Shown here piece by piece: positions 37,021 to 50,219 of a stretch of DNA of 64,000 nucleotides. Below the pieces are notes generated by a model. It had not been told where the DNA came from, did not search any database, and saw only the letters and a list, made by a program, of their open reading frames with translations. The stretch spans positions 76,384,001 to 76,448,000 of the forward strand of contig NW_024704743.1 in the NCBI RefSeq assembly GCF_018977255.1, written 5' to 3'. Each line of letters begins with the position of its first letter. Position 1 is the first letter of the stretch. A program made the translations under genes and the position numbers. The stretch comes from Callorhinchus milii (taxonomy: Eukaryota).

Positions 37021-38880
37021 CATAGAATCATAGAATTATGCAGCACAGAAGGAGGCCATTTCGCCCATCGTGTCTGTGCCAGCTATTTGAAGAGCCATCC
37101 AATTTAATACCACTCCCCCACTCTCTCCCCATAGCCCTGCAAACTTGTCCTCCCTAAATAAATATCTACTTCTCTCTTAAAAGTTTTTAATCAAATCGAC
37201 TTCCACCACCTATTCAGGCAATGCATTCCAGATCCAAACAACTCACTGTGTGAAAAACTTTCTTCTCACCTCCCCTCTGTTTTGTTTAACAATTGTTTTA
37301 AATCTGTGTCTTCGGGTTACTGACTCACCCGCCAGTGGAAATAGTTTCTCCTTGTTCACCCTATCAAATTCCCTCATAATTTTGAAAACTCTATTAATTC
37401 TCCTCTTAACCTTTGTGCTCCAAGGAGAATAATCCTAGCTTCCCTAGCCTCTCCTGATAACTGAAGTCCCTCAATCCTGGTACATCCTGGTAAATCTCCT
37501 TTGCACCCTCTCCAATGCCTTGACATCCTTCCTAAAGCGTGGTGCCCAGAACTGAACACAGTACTCTAGCTGAGACCTAACCAGTGTTTTATAAAGGTTT
37601 ATCATAACTTCCTGACTTTTGTATTCTATGTCCTATTTATAAAGTCCAGTATCCCATATGCATTTTTAACAGCTTTATCTACCGGTCCTGCCACCTTCAA
37701 AGATTTACTTATATGAAACCCCAGGTCTCTCTGTTCCTCCACCCCCTTTAAGATTGTACTATCAGCTTATATTGCCTCTCCTCATTCTTCCAAAATACAT
37801 CACTTAGCATTTCTCCACATTAAACTTTACCTGCCACATGTCTGCCCATTTTACCAGTCTGTTTATGTCCATTTGTAGCCTGCTACTATCCTCCTCACTG
37901 TTTACTACTTTTCCTAGTTTTTAGTATCATCTTCTATTAATTCTCCTCTTAACCTTCTGTGCTCCAAGGAGAATGATCAGTATCAGTTTAGTATCATATA
38001 CTCCCTATACCCAAGTCCAGGTCATTTATTTCGATCAAAAATGGCAGTGATCCCAATACCGACCCCTGGGGGACACCACTGCACACTTCCCTCTAGTCAG
38101 AAAAACAACTGTTCACCACCACTCTCTGCTTTCTGTCTCCCAGCCAGTTCTGTATCCATGCTGCCACTGTTCCTTTAATATCATGCGCTTCTATTTTGCT
38201 TACAAGTCTCTTGTGTGGCACTTTATCAAATGCCTTTTGAAAATCCATATAAACTACATCAACTGCACTACCTTCATCCACCCTCTCCGTTAGTTCATCA
38301 AAAGACTCTATCAAGTTTGTTAGACATGATTTGCCTTTAACAAACCTGTGTTGGCTTTCCTTTATTAATCCATATTTTTCTAAGTGAAAATTTATTTTGT
38401 TCCAGATTATAGTCTCTAGAAGTTTCTCCATTAATAACGTTAGGCTGACTGGCCTGTAGTTCTCGGGTTTATCCTTCTGCCCCTTTTTGTACAGGGGAGT
38501 AATCCTCCAGTCCTCTGGCACTACCCCGGTGTCCAAGGAAGATTGAAAGATTGTGGCCAGAGTCTCTGTTATTTCCACCCTTACTTCCCTCAGTAACCTA
38601 GGATGCATCCCGTCCGGACCGGGTGACTTAATTACCCTGATACCGGCAACCTTCTTAGTACCTCCTCTCGGTTTATTCTTATCTTAACCAATTTCTCTAC
38701 CCTCTCCTCCGATACTGTGGCATTCGTTGCATCCTCTTCTTTTGTGAAGACAGATGGAAAGTACTCAATTCAGTACATCAGCCATGCCCTCTGCCTCCAA
38801 AAGAAGATTTCCTCTTTGGTCGCTAATTGGACCAACCCTACCTTTTATTCTTTATATGCTTATAAAATAGCTTAGGGTTC
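37021..38880 (-). mobile_element. CR1 LINE, 5'-truncated with internal deletion
   Basis: ORF 38093-38608 carries RT motifs (YRPVSLT, DVVYMDFQKAFDKVPH); ORF 37374-37559 is the C-terminal region; (ATTCTATG)-type 3' end near 37021. Confidence 0.9.
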
Positions 38881-41214
38881 CCTTTTATGTTACCTGCTAA
38901 TCTTTTCTCATACAATCTCTTGCCCTCTTATTTCCTTTTTCAGTTCTCCTCTGTACTTTGCATATTCTATATTAAATGAATGATCAATTAATATGGATGA
39001 TTATTGGACAGGACACTGGGAAAATCACCCTTCTGTTGTGAATGGGAAGACCAAGAGAAATGATGAAACCCTGAGCTGTTATTTGATACTTCAGCTTATC
39101 ATTTATAGCAAACAAGAAACACATACCAAATTTAGAAGAATTTCTCTTGATTGAGCCATTCTAAACAATTTTCCATAGTGATTGCAGAGTGATTCACTGC
39201 TTGCTAGCGCTTCAATAATAGTAATAATCCTTGCATTTGATATAGCGCCTCATTACGTCGTTGAAACATCTCAAAGCCACAGGATTTTACTGTAAATTGT
39301 AATGACTGTGTATTTGTAGGCAACTACAACAGCCAATTTGTATATAGCAATATACAATAATAATAATAATAATAATCCTTGAACTTGATATAGCGCTTTT
39401 CACATCTTCTGGACATCTCAAAGCGCTTCACAGAATAGACTGTAAAGTGAATTGACCGTATATTTGTGGGCGAATATCCCACAAATAGCTGTGAAGTGTA
39501 TGACCAATTTTATTTTGGGGATTGTTGGCCAAAAGTCCCTTCTCTTTTCGAATAGTGTCATGGGATCTTTAAAGTCCATCTGCACAGGCAGATGGGACCT
39601 CAATTTAATGTATCATTTGAAGAACAGCACTCCAACAATGCAGAGCTCCCCAGCACTGCTTTGGAGCATCAAAATCCTGATGTAGGAGAATCCTAGGAAG
39701 TTCTACAAGACCCATATCTTGTGGGTCCCTTGAGATCACTATAGGCAGAAAGCTATGTGCTGAGTTTGGTACGATTGTGCACTCAATATTCTAAACTCTA
39801 CCACCCTTCCTGGAACCTGTTCCAACTATTGATTACTATCTATGTGAGGAAAACCTTCCCATTGTCTGTCCTAAAACTACCCTTCCCAGCCCTTAGGCAG
39901 AGGGCCCATGGAAGCAGCTGTAATAATTCAAGTGCTTTAAGAAATGAGGGTATCATCTTTCAGATCCAAGGGCAATAGAAAGGAAGAAATAAATATATTC
40001 AATAGGAACCAAGAATGATATGCACGATAACTCGGCCTAAAAAGGAAAGCCTCATTCAATATATTTATTTCCCTTACATACCCACGCCTAATTTATTTTA
40101 TTTCTGTCTGGATCTGATTAATTTATTTATGCATGTCAACTGATTGGATTTATTTAATTTCTTTCCTGGATGTGCCCAGAAGCCATTTATTTATTTCAGT
40201 GAATGTTTGGGTATTGAGGTCTGACTTATTGAACCTTTCCTCCCTTGGACTCCCATGCTATACTTTCTGTTTTTGTTACTCACACTCATTCTCAAGTGGT
40301 GATACTCCACACAGGTCCCCAAAATGTGTGATTTTGACAAAGTAAATTAAAGGTAGCTATATATTGGAAAATATACATTCCCAATATGCCACTCCTTTGT
40401 TGCTGCTAAATATGGCAGTATTATGGGGGGAAAACACACCAATTGAGACTTGTTTTTCCACTTTCTAACAAACCATTGAAATTGAAATTTCTGTGTAAAT
40501 TCCGTTTATAAAATGCCATGTTCTATGAGATGTTAGTGAATCACTGCAGAGTAAATGTTGCTGCCAGATTTTGGTTAACAATATTCTTTATCTTGATCAG
40601 AATTTCAGTTTCCTTTGCTATCGGTCATTTCCAAAAAACTCTTCAGTACTTTGGTGCTTAATCGTGGCAACTGGACACTGAAATCGGTCAGAATAAAAGC
40701 TACATTCATTGCAGGATTGGTGCTTTTGAAGAGGAAAAGAGGATCACAAAGTGAAAGACTAAAGATCATATAGATCTTACGGAAGTGCAGATGATAATAT
40801 TTGGAGATATCTTGGAAATCAATCATTGAATTGAGTCTCATCCCTGAAAATCTTCAAATGCGCGTATTTTGAGGACAGCCCTACCACAGTAGGTGAGAAT
40901 CATGACGACTCTAAAAGCTCATGTTCCTTGTTTTTTTCTATAAGGCCTGACTAATGACATAACTTAGGTAAGTTAATTCAGTGTAGGAATGCCAAAGGGT
41001 GATTGTCAACACATTATCATCAACAGCAACAAATTGCATTTATTTTGCGCTTTTCATGTCGGGAGTGATGTGCTAGACAGTCAACGGTTTGCACCCAAGC
41101 TGGGAATTAGAATCAAGAGGGCATGGAGTCGAGGGCGTAGGGTAGAGGACCGAAGGTGCAGTCAAAGGTACTGTTCCCACCCCATTAAAAATGGCCGTCA
41201 TCACTCCTATTCTT

Positions 41215-42655
41215 AAAAAACCCTCCCTGGACCCATCTCTACATTGAAACTACCGCCCCATCTCCAACCTCCCCTTTCTCTTCCAAGGTCCTGGAACGAT
41301 TTGTTGCTTCCCAGCTTCACTCCTTCCTCTTCCACCATTCCCTTCATGAACATCCCAATCGGGTTTCCGTGCTGCCCTCAGCACAGAAACAACCCTGGTC
41401 AAAGTGACAAATGACATTCTGTCCATCTGTGACCAGGGCTCCCTCTGCCTCCTCGTCCTCCTTGACCTCTCTGTTGCCCTCGACACCATCGACCACTCTA
41501 TCGTCATCCACTGGTTCTCCTCTCACCTCAGCCTTCACGCCTTTGTCCTTGACTGGTTAAGATTGTACCTCTCATACCGCCTCCACTTCTTCTCCACAAA
41601 CGGCTTCTCCTCTAGCCCCCGCACCATCTCGTGCGATGTTCCTCAGGGCTCTGTCCTTGGTCCCCTCATTTTCAATATCTATGTGCTCCCTCTTGGTGAC
41701 ATCATCCACAGACATGGAATCAACTTCTACATGTATGTGGATGACACCCAACTCTACCTCTCTGCCTTCGCCCTTGACTCCAGGAACACTGCTGTCCTGA
41801 CAGAATGTCTGTCAGACATCAAGTCCTATATGAGAGCTAAATTTCTTCAGTTGAATGTCAACAAGACCGAGGCTCTCCTGATTGGCTCCCGTCAACACCT
41901 GCGCACCTCAAGCACTGATAGCATCACCATCCATGGTTGAAACATTCCACCTTACTCAGCCAGTCCAGAATCTTGGCGTCTTGTTTGACCCTCAACTATC
42001 CTTTCTACCCTGCATCTTTGCCGTGACTCGCTCTGCTGTCCCCCATCTCGACAACATCACCCGGCTCCGCCACTGTCTCACACCACAGGCCGCCGAAACC
42101 CTCATACACCCTTTCATTGCATTGAGACTCAACTATGCAAACTCCTTGCTTGTCGGCCTCCCCAACTCCTCCCTCCAGAGACTGCAGATCATCCAGAACT
42201 CTGCAATCCGTGTCCTCTCCTGCACCAGGCTCCGTGACCCTAGCATACCCCATCCTTGCCCGACTCCACTGGCTTCCCATCACACAGAGGATACAGTTAA
42301 AGATCCTAGTCATCATCTTCAAAGGTATTACTCCCCTTACCTCTGCGACCTCCTAACCTCTACCATCCTGTTCTCTCCCTCCGCTCAGCGGGCTCCAGTC
42401 TGCTTCACGTCCCCCACCTCACTCACCCCACTATTGGTGAGCTGGCCTTCTGCCACTCTGCCCCCACCCTTGCCTCCCTCAAGATCCATCTCAAGACCCA
42501 ATTCTTCAACCATGCTTTCAATCTCCCTGCTTATCCTCCTTGCCCTCCACCCTCCCCGATCCCAACCCTCAACTCAGGTCTGAAACTCTGACTGTCCAGC
42601 GCCTTGGGACATCCTCCGAAAGGCGCTATACAAATATAAATTTTGTTGTTGTTGA
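41215..42655 (+). mobile_element. L2-clade LINE, 5'-truncated, frameshifted RT
   Basis: ORFs 41404-41940 (LLDLSVALDTIDH, VPQGSVLGP, YVDDTQLYL) and 41882-42583; (TTG)n tail. Confidence 0.9.
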
Positions 42656-43466
42656 TGCTGAACTAGGAAAACAGTAGTAACAATATTAGTATCATAATTA
42701 TCATAATTATCCTTGCATTGGATATAGTGCCTTATCACATTATCTAAACATCTCAAAGCACTTCACAGAATTTACTGTAAAGTGCTGTGATTTTGTAGGC
42801 AAATGTGACAGTGAATTTCCACAGAGATGTTAAGAAAAGTGAGCATTCTGAAAGACTGAGATCAAATGGATTGACGGATTTTTTTTATCTAAACCGCCCT
42901 TGCAAACTTGTGATCTTGTGATGTAAGGCAGCTTCACTCCCTTCCCCACTGCTCTGCAAATTACTCCGAAAATTAATCCCTGCATTGTGCACAACAGAAG
43001 CAAGCTTGTGTGAAATTTGACTAAGTGGATTTCTCAATCCAAGTCAGCTGATTTGAAATCCAGAACAGGGAAAAAGCTATTTCTGGCCAGAGGAAATAAC
43101 AGCATTTTCTCAGCTAAATCAAAGTTTAGAATATCAGCCGTGCTCATGTTTATGCTGCATAAATACGATTTTTGTGAATGCAGAGTTTAAGAAGTCTGTA
43201 GTTAATTTAACTCCTGACTTCATCCATCATGTTCTCACAAAAGTCTCATTTAAGGCATCCTGACTGGCCCCATTCTTGAGATTTTATAAATCAATTTAAC
43301 TGAGAAACATGATTTTCTTTGCAGCACCATGACTATATCCTGCAGTGGACACAACCAGGGCTGAACATGTTCAGCATCACAGTCATTCTTCAGCACTCTG
43401 TGCTGCCTTGGCCAGGCTTGGCTGAGTCAGCAGCTTGCCGGACTTTAACCTCAATTATGTGCCAGC

Positions 43467-43880
43467 CTGGCTCAGTTGGTAGCTTTCTCACGTTTAAATC
43501 TTTGTGAGTTCAAACTCTGTGTTGAGACTTTAAATTTACATAATCTGACACTCTAATGCAGCCCTTGGGTAGGGCTGCCTTGTTGGATATGGCAAACTTT
43601 GGATGAGACATTAAACTGAGGTTCTAATGCCTGTTCAGATGGACATTGAAGATCTCATGCCACTATTTGAAAATAGAAGGGAGTTTCTCCCTGTGGCCTG
43701 ACCAACAACCCCCCTGATATAATCTGTCATTCATTTAATGGCTGTTTGTGAAACATTGTGGTGTGCAACTTGGCTGCTGCATTCTCCTACAAAATATACT
43801 TCACAGTAAATTCTGTGAAGCACTTTGAGAGGTCCTCCTGATACAAAGGACATTATAATTAAATACAAGAATTATTGTTA
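43467..43880 (+). mobile_element. Deu-domain SINE (old copy)
   Basis: Aligns by eye to the 35037-35475 copy. Confidence 0.55.
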
Positions 43881-44269
43881 AGAGCTCCAGGACATTAACC
43901 CCCGTGTAGGGCACATTATACCTGCAAGTTGTTGTTGTTGTTATTGGATAATACTCCTTTTCTTGCAGCAAGATGTGAGAATTAATGTTAAAGGCACCTC
44001 TACCATACAACTGACAAAAATAAAAATGTTGGTAACAGTGGAGTGTTAAAATAATGCAGTCACTAGATATTGAAGGCTCAGTAGTAACTGAGTGGAATGC
44101 AAAGTCTGTGTGATATTTATCCCATTAAATGGGCAAAGCAGACTCACTTGATATTATTCTTAACAGTGAAACAGAGAAGCTGAGTCCATAGTGTACATTC
44201 GGCTGGAGGGTCACACCTTCACTTATTGCAAATAAAATAAAATGGAAATGTAGATGTGTGCTGGAATAT

Positions 44270-44480
44270 AGAATCATAGAACCATAGAACTTTAGAAATT
44301 TACACCACAGAAGGCAACAGTTCAGCCCATCGTATCTATGCCGACTCCCTCAAAAATGATCCTTTCAGTTGTATCTACCTACCTTTTCCCCCATATCCCG
44401 GTAGCTGACTCATTTTAATGTATTTGTCTAGTTGTGTTCCCTTTTGAAGGCTAATATGGGTTCTGTTTATGGATTCTGAG
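44270..44480 (-). mobile_element. CR1 3' end
   Basis: catagaatcatagaaccatagaa terminal repeats followed by CR1 3' UTR-like sequence. Confidence 0.6.
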
Positions 44481-44699
44481 TATGTATTACTAATGTGCAT
44501 TTTCAGATTTACAAAGAGCCACTCTGAGTATAAGACTATCCAAATTGTGTGCAATTTAGACATGTGCAAAAGAACCTGAACTTGCCAGATTTAGATCCTT
44601 CGAGTTCCATTCAATAGAGTATTGAACTGCCTGCAGTGTATGACGTGTGTTTGATAATGGAAAAAGATGCTTCACTGCTATTCTCCCATTGTATCTGTG

Positions 44700-45440
44700 C
44701 CGGCACCCTCAAAAATTACCCTCAACTATGCTTTCTACCCCACATGCGTGTCATGACCTGCTCTGCCTTCCTCCACCTCCACAACATCGCCGAGCTCCGT
44801 CACTGTCTCACACCGTAGGCTGACGAAACCCTCATACACGCATTAATTACATTGAGGCTTGACTATGCAAACTCCTCGCTTGTCGGCCTCCCCAACTCTT
44901 CCCTCCATAGACTGCAGATCATCCAGAACTCTGCAGCCCGTGTCCTCTCCCGCGTCAGGCTCCGTGACCCTATCACCCCCATCCTAGCCTGACTCCACTG
45001 ACTTCCCATCATACAGAGGATATAGTTCAAGATCCTGGTCCTCACCTTCAAAGTCCTCCATGGTCTTGCTCCCCTTACTTCTGTGACATCCTAACCCCCT
45101 ACCATCTGCCCGCTCCCTCCACTCAGAGGGCTCTGGCCTGCTTCACATCCCCCTCCTCGCCCGCCCCACCACTGACGGGCAGGCCTTCTTCTAATCTGCC
45201 CAACCCTCTGGAACTCCATTCCGCAGTCCCTCTACCTCGCTCCCTCCCTTGCCGCCTTCAAGACCCATCTCAAGACCCTCCTCTTCGATTGTGCTTTTGA
45301 TCATCCTGCTTTCCCCCTGCCTTTCAACTTCCCCAATCCCAACCCCCAGCTCGGGTGGGTCCAAAACTCTGACTGTCCAGTGCTTTGGGACGTCCTCCCA
45401 ATGTGAAAGGTGCTATAGAAATATAATTTTGTTGTTGTTG
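44700..45440 (+). mobile_element. L2 LINE 3' fragment
   Basis: Homologous to 42000-42655. Confidence 0.85.
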
Positions 45441-45784
45441 TATTCTCAGGCCTTTGTTTCCCCTATGACTTAGACCAATAGAAAAGTGCAGACATATTGG
45501 CAAAAAATTGCAGAGAGCTTTGTAAATTTTGTGGGGAAATTCACGGTTTGATTGGTTCTATTGAGGTAAATTTTTTACTACTACATTTTTTCACTTTATT
45601 GATCAAAACTAAACATAAGGAAATAACACATTTTAGATTGCTGCAAAAAAAATTGATTCCTTCTTTAACAAATCTGGGTAGCCATTTTTTTGTCGGTGGG
45701 ATACCCCAGCGAGGCTACAGAAGCTCACCACCGGCCGGCACTGCACACAGACCCAGAGACTCGGAGAGTTACACACACTCAGTG

Positions 45785-46270
45785 ACCTAGAGAAAGACAC
45801 ACACACACACTCAGAGACACAGAGAGGGAGACACACATACTCACATACAGAGAGAGAGAGACACACACATACAGAAACACAGAGAAACACACACAATCAG
45901 AGATACAGATACAGATACACACTCACAGACACAGAGAGAAACACACACACACTCACAGACGGAGACAAACACACTCAGACACAGAGCCATTCTCACAGAG
46001 AGAGAGAGAGAGACACACACACTCATGGACACAAAGAGACACACACACACACACAGACAGAGAGACACACAAAGACACTCATAAACACACAATCATATAG
46101 AAGAGGCCCACAAATACACAGCCCACAAATATACTGTCAATTCACTTTACAGTATATTCTGTGAAGCGCTTTGAGATGTCTAGAAGACGTGAAAAGCGCT
46201 ATATCAAATGCAAGCATTATTATTATAAGAGACATAGACACACTCACGTAGAAACACACACAGACAGACA
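45785..46270. repeat. (CA/GA)-rich low-complexity microsatellite with an embedded SINE tail (46100-46230)
   Basis: Seen directly in the sequence. Confidence 0.9.
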
Positions 46271-46781
46271 ATCACAACAGCGCGGTCTCTGAGTGTAGCC
46301 CATTTGCCGATTTCACTACTCGGCCCACAGTGACGTCAGGTAAACAGCAATGTGCGGCCTGGCCTGCAGGCCAGAAACTACATTTATGTCGGGTTTGTAG
46401 CAGACAAGGGTCATTGAATCGGAAAATGCGTGGCCGCACATTTCTATTGGCCCAGCCCATGACCATCCTCATTGTCACCAATCTCTTAGAACTTGGTTTT
46501 AAGACATCTTGCCGGAGGGACATTTGTTTGGATTGCACATACAAGTGGAAAGTCTCTGGCATCTTCCTTGATTGCTTAACAAGCAAGAAAAAAAGAAAAC
46601 AATTGTAAATGGAGATCCCAACACTTTGAAAGCAACTGGCAGCTGCACTTGAGTGGTTTGTTTCCTGACTTCATGGATATTAAATGACATTAGAAAGAAA
46701 AAAAATCTTGCAATTTGATATAACGTCTTATATCACATCATCAAAACATCTCTAGGCATTCCACAGAATTTATTGTGAAGT

Positions 46782-47109
46782 ATAATAATAATAATAATAA
46801 TAATCCTTGCATTTGATGTAGCGCTTTTCACGTCGGGAGGACGTCCCAAAGCGCTTCACAGAACACACTGTAAAGTGAATTGACTGTATATTTGTGTGCG
46901 AACGCGGCAGCCAATTGCGCACAGCAATGTCCCACAAACAGTCGTAGATTGAAAATGACCAATTTAGTATTGTTTTGGGTTTTTTGGAGGGATTATTATT
47001 AGGCGTGTGGAGTAAGGAAACTTGCCCAAGGTTTCGCCCTCTGCCTGGAATTGAACTCAGGTCTCTCACTTGCAAAGTGAGTGCTCTAACCACTGAGCTA
47101 CAGGACTCC
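46782..47109 (-). mobile_element. tRNA-headed SINE (young family)
   Basis: Near-identical to the 49891-50219 copy. Confidence 0.88.
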
Positions 47110-48984
47110 ACATATAGTGACTGTATTTGAAGGCAAACTAACCTCAGTCAGACACTTATCAGAGATGAAAAGGCTGTTTCGAATTTGTCTGAAACCAAGC
47201 ATACTTCTGATATAAACTCTGTGAAGTTCAATAAATATTTTCTAATATGCAGAAGAATTTGTGTATGATTACATCGGCCACACAGACATTTTTCATACCG
47301 CCTTTGTTTCCAATGCCTATGCCTAGATGTCCCCTTTCCTGTAATGTCTTACCAACCAGGGTGTTGGCGGATTATCTTCTTGACCATGTAATGTATTATT
47401 TGATCTAGTGTTCATCGAGTCACTCAGAATGATTCAAAACTGTGATAGCTCCTTCCACTCATGAATAAGTTCATTCAAAGTAACATCTTCAGACACACTT
47501 TTTGGAGCTTATTATAGACTGTGAGGGAACATCAACATCCAATCATACAGAACCAAAATGACGTCTTGTTGAATCAGCACTGTATCTGGATTCACTGAGT
47601 TGACTCTTTCTAGCCTGTCCAACTGGCTTTCCAGAATGTCCTATAAGTCAGCAAAGTAATTTCCAAATGTTAATAAGGTCACTTCACACATTCATCATAA
47701 TTATTTGGGTCAGCTCAGACGGCTCAAATATTTTGTCAATGAGGTCACTTGCCACCGCCCATGGAGTATACTGATCCACATAAAATGTAACCAGAACTGC
47801 AATACAAAATAAATTGAGTGCCCTACATTGGCTGGATTCTCACATAATATTTTTGATAAGATTGCAGTTTCATGTTACTGTCTATGCTTTGTTCATATTT
47901 CCTTGGGACTGAATAATATGTGTTTATAGAGGTTTTTAATTTTGTTTATAAATAACCAGTACATTTCCAGTACTGTGACTTTAAGCTGATGAACACTAAT
48001 ATTTCTTGTTCATATTCCTTCATGTCCTGTGTTATTTGGGGGCAAATATGTAACATCTCCTGAGTTATTTAAATGGTGACCACTGGCATTGAAAACTTAT
48101 AAACCTTACAATTTGTAATTGATTTCTACTAATGTTATAATGAGCCTCTCTCCGTGTCATCGATATTACTGAAGACTTTTTCTCAAACAAAAGGAAAAGT
48201 CACTAAATGAACACTAACAGCCAAAATTATTTTATCACTATCTGATTGACACAGTTCTGGTAACTGCATTGTGTGTTGAAATAACTGCTCGATCAGATGA
48301 GAAAGTGATCAACTTTCCTACAGTGTGAATCTTTCTTGGTTGTGTCATAAAGCAGGGTGAATTGCTACTATCTTGGTTGAATGTACTACAATTCCTTGTT
48401 AAATCCAGACAGGAGAGCTATAACGGATGATTTCCTGCAAGACTATTCAGAAGGACTGCTGCAATTGATCAACTTTGTTCTGTTTCTTATCATTTGCCTC
48501 TTCTGCTTCTATTTCACTCATATACAAGTACCAGCTACATGGTGGTGGTTGCTCTGACAGTCATGCTTGGACAAAAGAGGCTGAAGTAAGAATAATTTGA
48601 AAAAAACCCTCAGATTGATATAGCACCTTACATGTCATTGACACTTCGCAAAGTGCTTCACGGAACATATTGTAAAGTGCAGTGACTGTGTATATTATAG
48701 ATGAACGCAGCAGCTAATTTGAACAACATAACAATGTCCCACAAACAGCTATGAAATTAAAGCCCAATTTTATTTTGGGGAACTGTTGGGAGAAATCCTC
48801 TTTTCTTTAGAATATTACCATGAGATCTTTAACAGGCAGGCAGGGCCTTGGTTTAATAAATAAAGACAGCTCCAACAAATGTAATGCTCCTCCAACATTG
48901 GAGAATTGGAATTTCACCTAGAGTGTCAGTTCTATTGCTGTAGATGACATCTAATATGTAGATGACTCAGAGTTGGTAGTTTGG

Positions 48985-49410
48985 TGCAAATGATGTTCGC
49001 AAGGAATATTCTCCTTGGAGCAGAGAAGGTTAAGAGGAGACTTAATAGAAGTTTTCAAAATCATGAGGGAATTCGATAGGGTGAACAAGGAGAAACTATT
49101 TCCACTGGCGGGTGGGTTCGGTAACCCGAGGACACCAATTTAAAATAGTTGTTAAAAGAAACAGAGGGGAGGTGAGGAGAAATTTTTCACACAGCAAGTT
49201 GTTCGGATCCGGAATGCATTGCCTGAAAGGGTGGTGGATTTGATTTGATAACAACTGTTAAGAGAGAAGTAGATAATTATTTGAGGACAAGTTTGCAAGG
49301 CTATGGGGAAATAGCGGGGGATTGAATTGGATGGCTCTTTTCAAATAGCCGACACAGATATGGTGAGCTAAATGGCCTCCTTGTGTGCTGTAACATTCTA
49401 TGATTCTGTG
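48985..49410 (+). mobile_element. CR1 LINE 3' fragment
   Basis: Encodes QRRLRGDLIEVFKIMREFDRVNKEKLFPL...RRNFFTQQVV; ends in attctatgattct. Confidence 0.85.
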
Positions 49411-49890
49411 ATATGTTTGAATAACTAAGTGTTAAAATAAAGCTTGAGGAAACAATAATGCAATAGTCCTGGTATTTGACATAGTCCCTTATCATGTCTG
49501 AAGACATCTCAGAGCGCTCCACATGATATACAGCAAAGTGAAGTCACTGTATATTTGTAGGTAAACGTCACAGCCAATTTGCCCACAGCAATGTCCCACA
49601 AACACTGGTGAACTAAATTACCTTTTTTTTATCTGGGAAGTTGTTGGCCAGGATACCAAGAGAAACTGCCTTTTTTTCTAATAATGCTATGCGATCTTTA
49701 TACGTACACCTGAATAGGTAGACTTTTTTTAATATCTCCTTTCAATGAGGGATCCTCCGACAACCCCGGACTTCCCCAGCATTCGCCAGTGTCAACCTAG
49801 ACAAGGAGCTCAAATTCCTGACTTGGGGCTTGAACCCAAAGCATTTTACCTCAAGCGGGAAAGTGCTACCAATTGAGTCAGACTGACACA

Positions 49891-50219
49891 TAATAATAAT
49901 AATAATAATAATCCTTGCATTTGATATAGCGCTTTTCGCGTCGGGAGGATGTCCCAAAGCGCTTCACAGAACACATTGTAAAGTGAATTGACTGTATATT
50001 TGTGGGCGAACGCGGCAGCCAATTGCGCACAGCAATGTCCCACAGACAGTCGTAGATTGAAAATGACCAATTTAATTATTGTTTTTGGTTTTTGGAGGGA
50101 TTATTATTAGGCTCTGTGTGGAGTAAGGAAACTTGCCCAAGGTTTCGCCCTCTGCCTGAATTGAACTCGGGTCTCTCGCTTGCAAAGCGAGTGCTCTAAC
50201 CACTGAGCTACAGGACTCC
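49891..50219 (-). mobile_element. tRNA-headed SINE (young family), next to the head of an older SINE (49490-49885)
   Basis: Full head and tail, with an (ATT)n 3' end. Confidence 0.88.

Noticed and set aside
45633-46092. C/V-rich ORFs
   Set aside because: Translation of (CA/GA)n low-complexity DNA.
46782-47109. tRNA genes (tRNA-like cloverleaf heads here and at 7214, 10841, 17358, 20920, 49891, 55405)
   Set aside because: No 3' acceptor strand, variable anticodon loop, and each continues into a SINE body with an (ATT)n tail.
47640-47790. Possible minus-strand exon after a TTGCAG acceptor (LVTFYVDQYTPWAVASDLIDKIF...)
   Set aside because: All three frames close within about 40 codons, I recognise no protein, and there are no partner exons; a tblastx or RNA-seq check would be needed.
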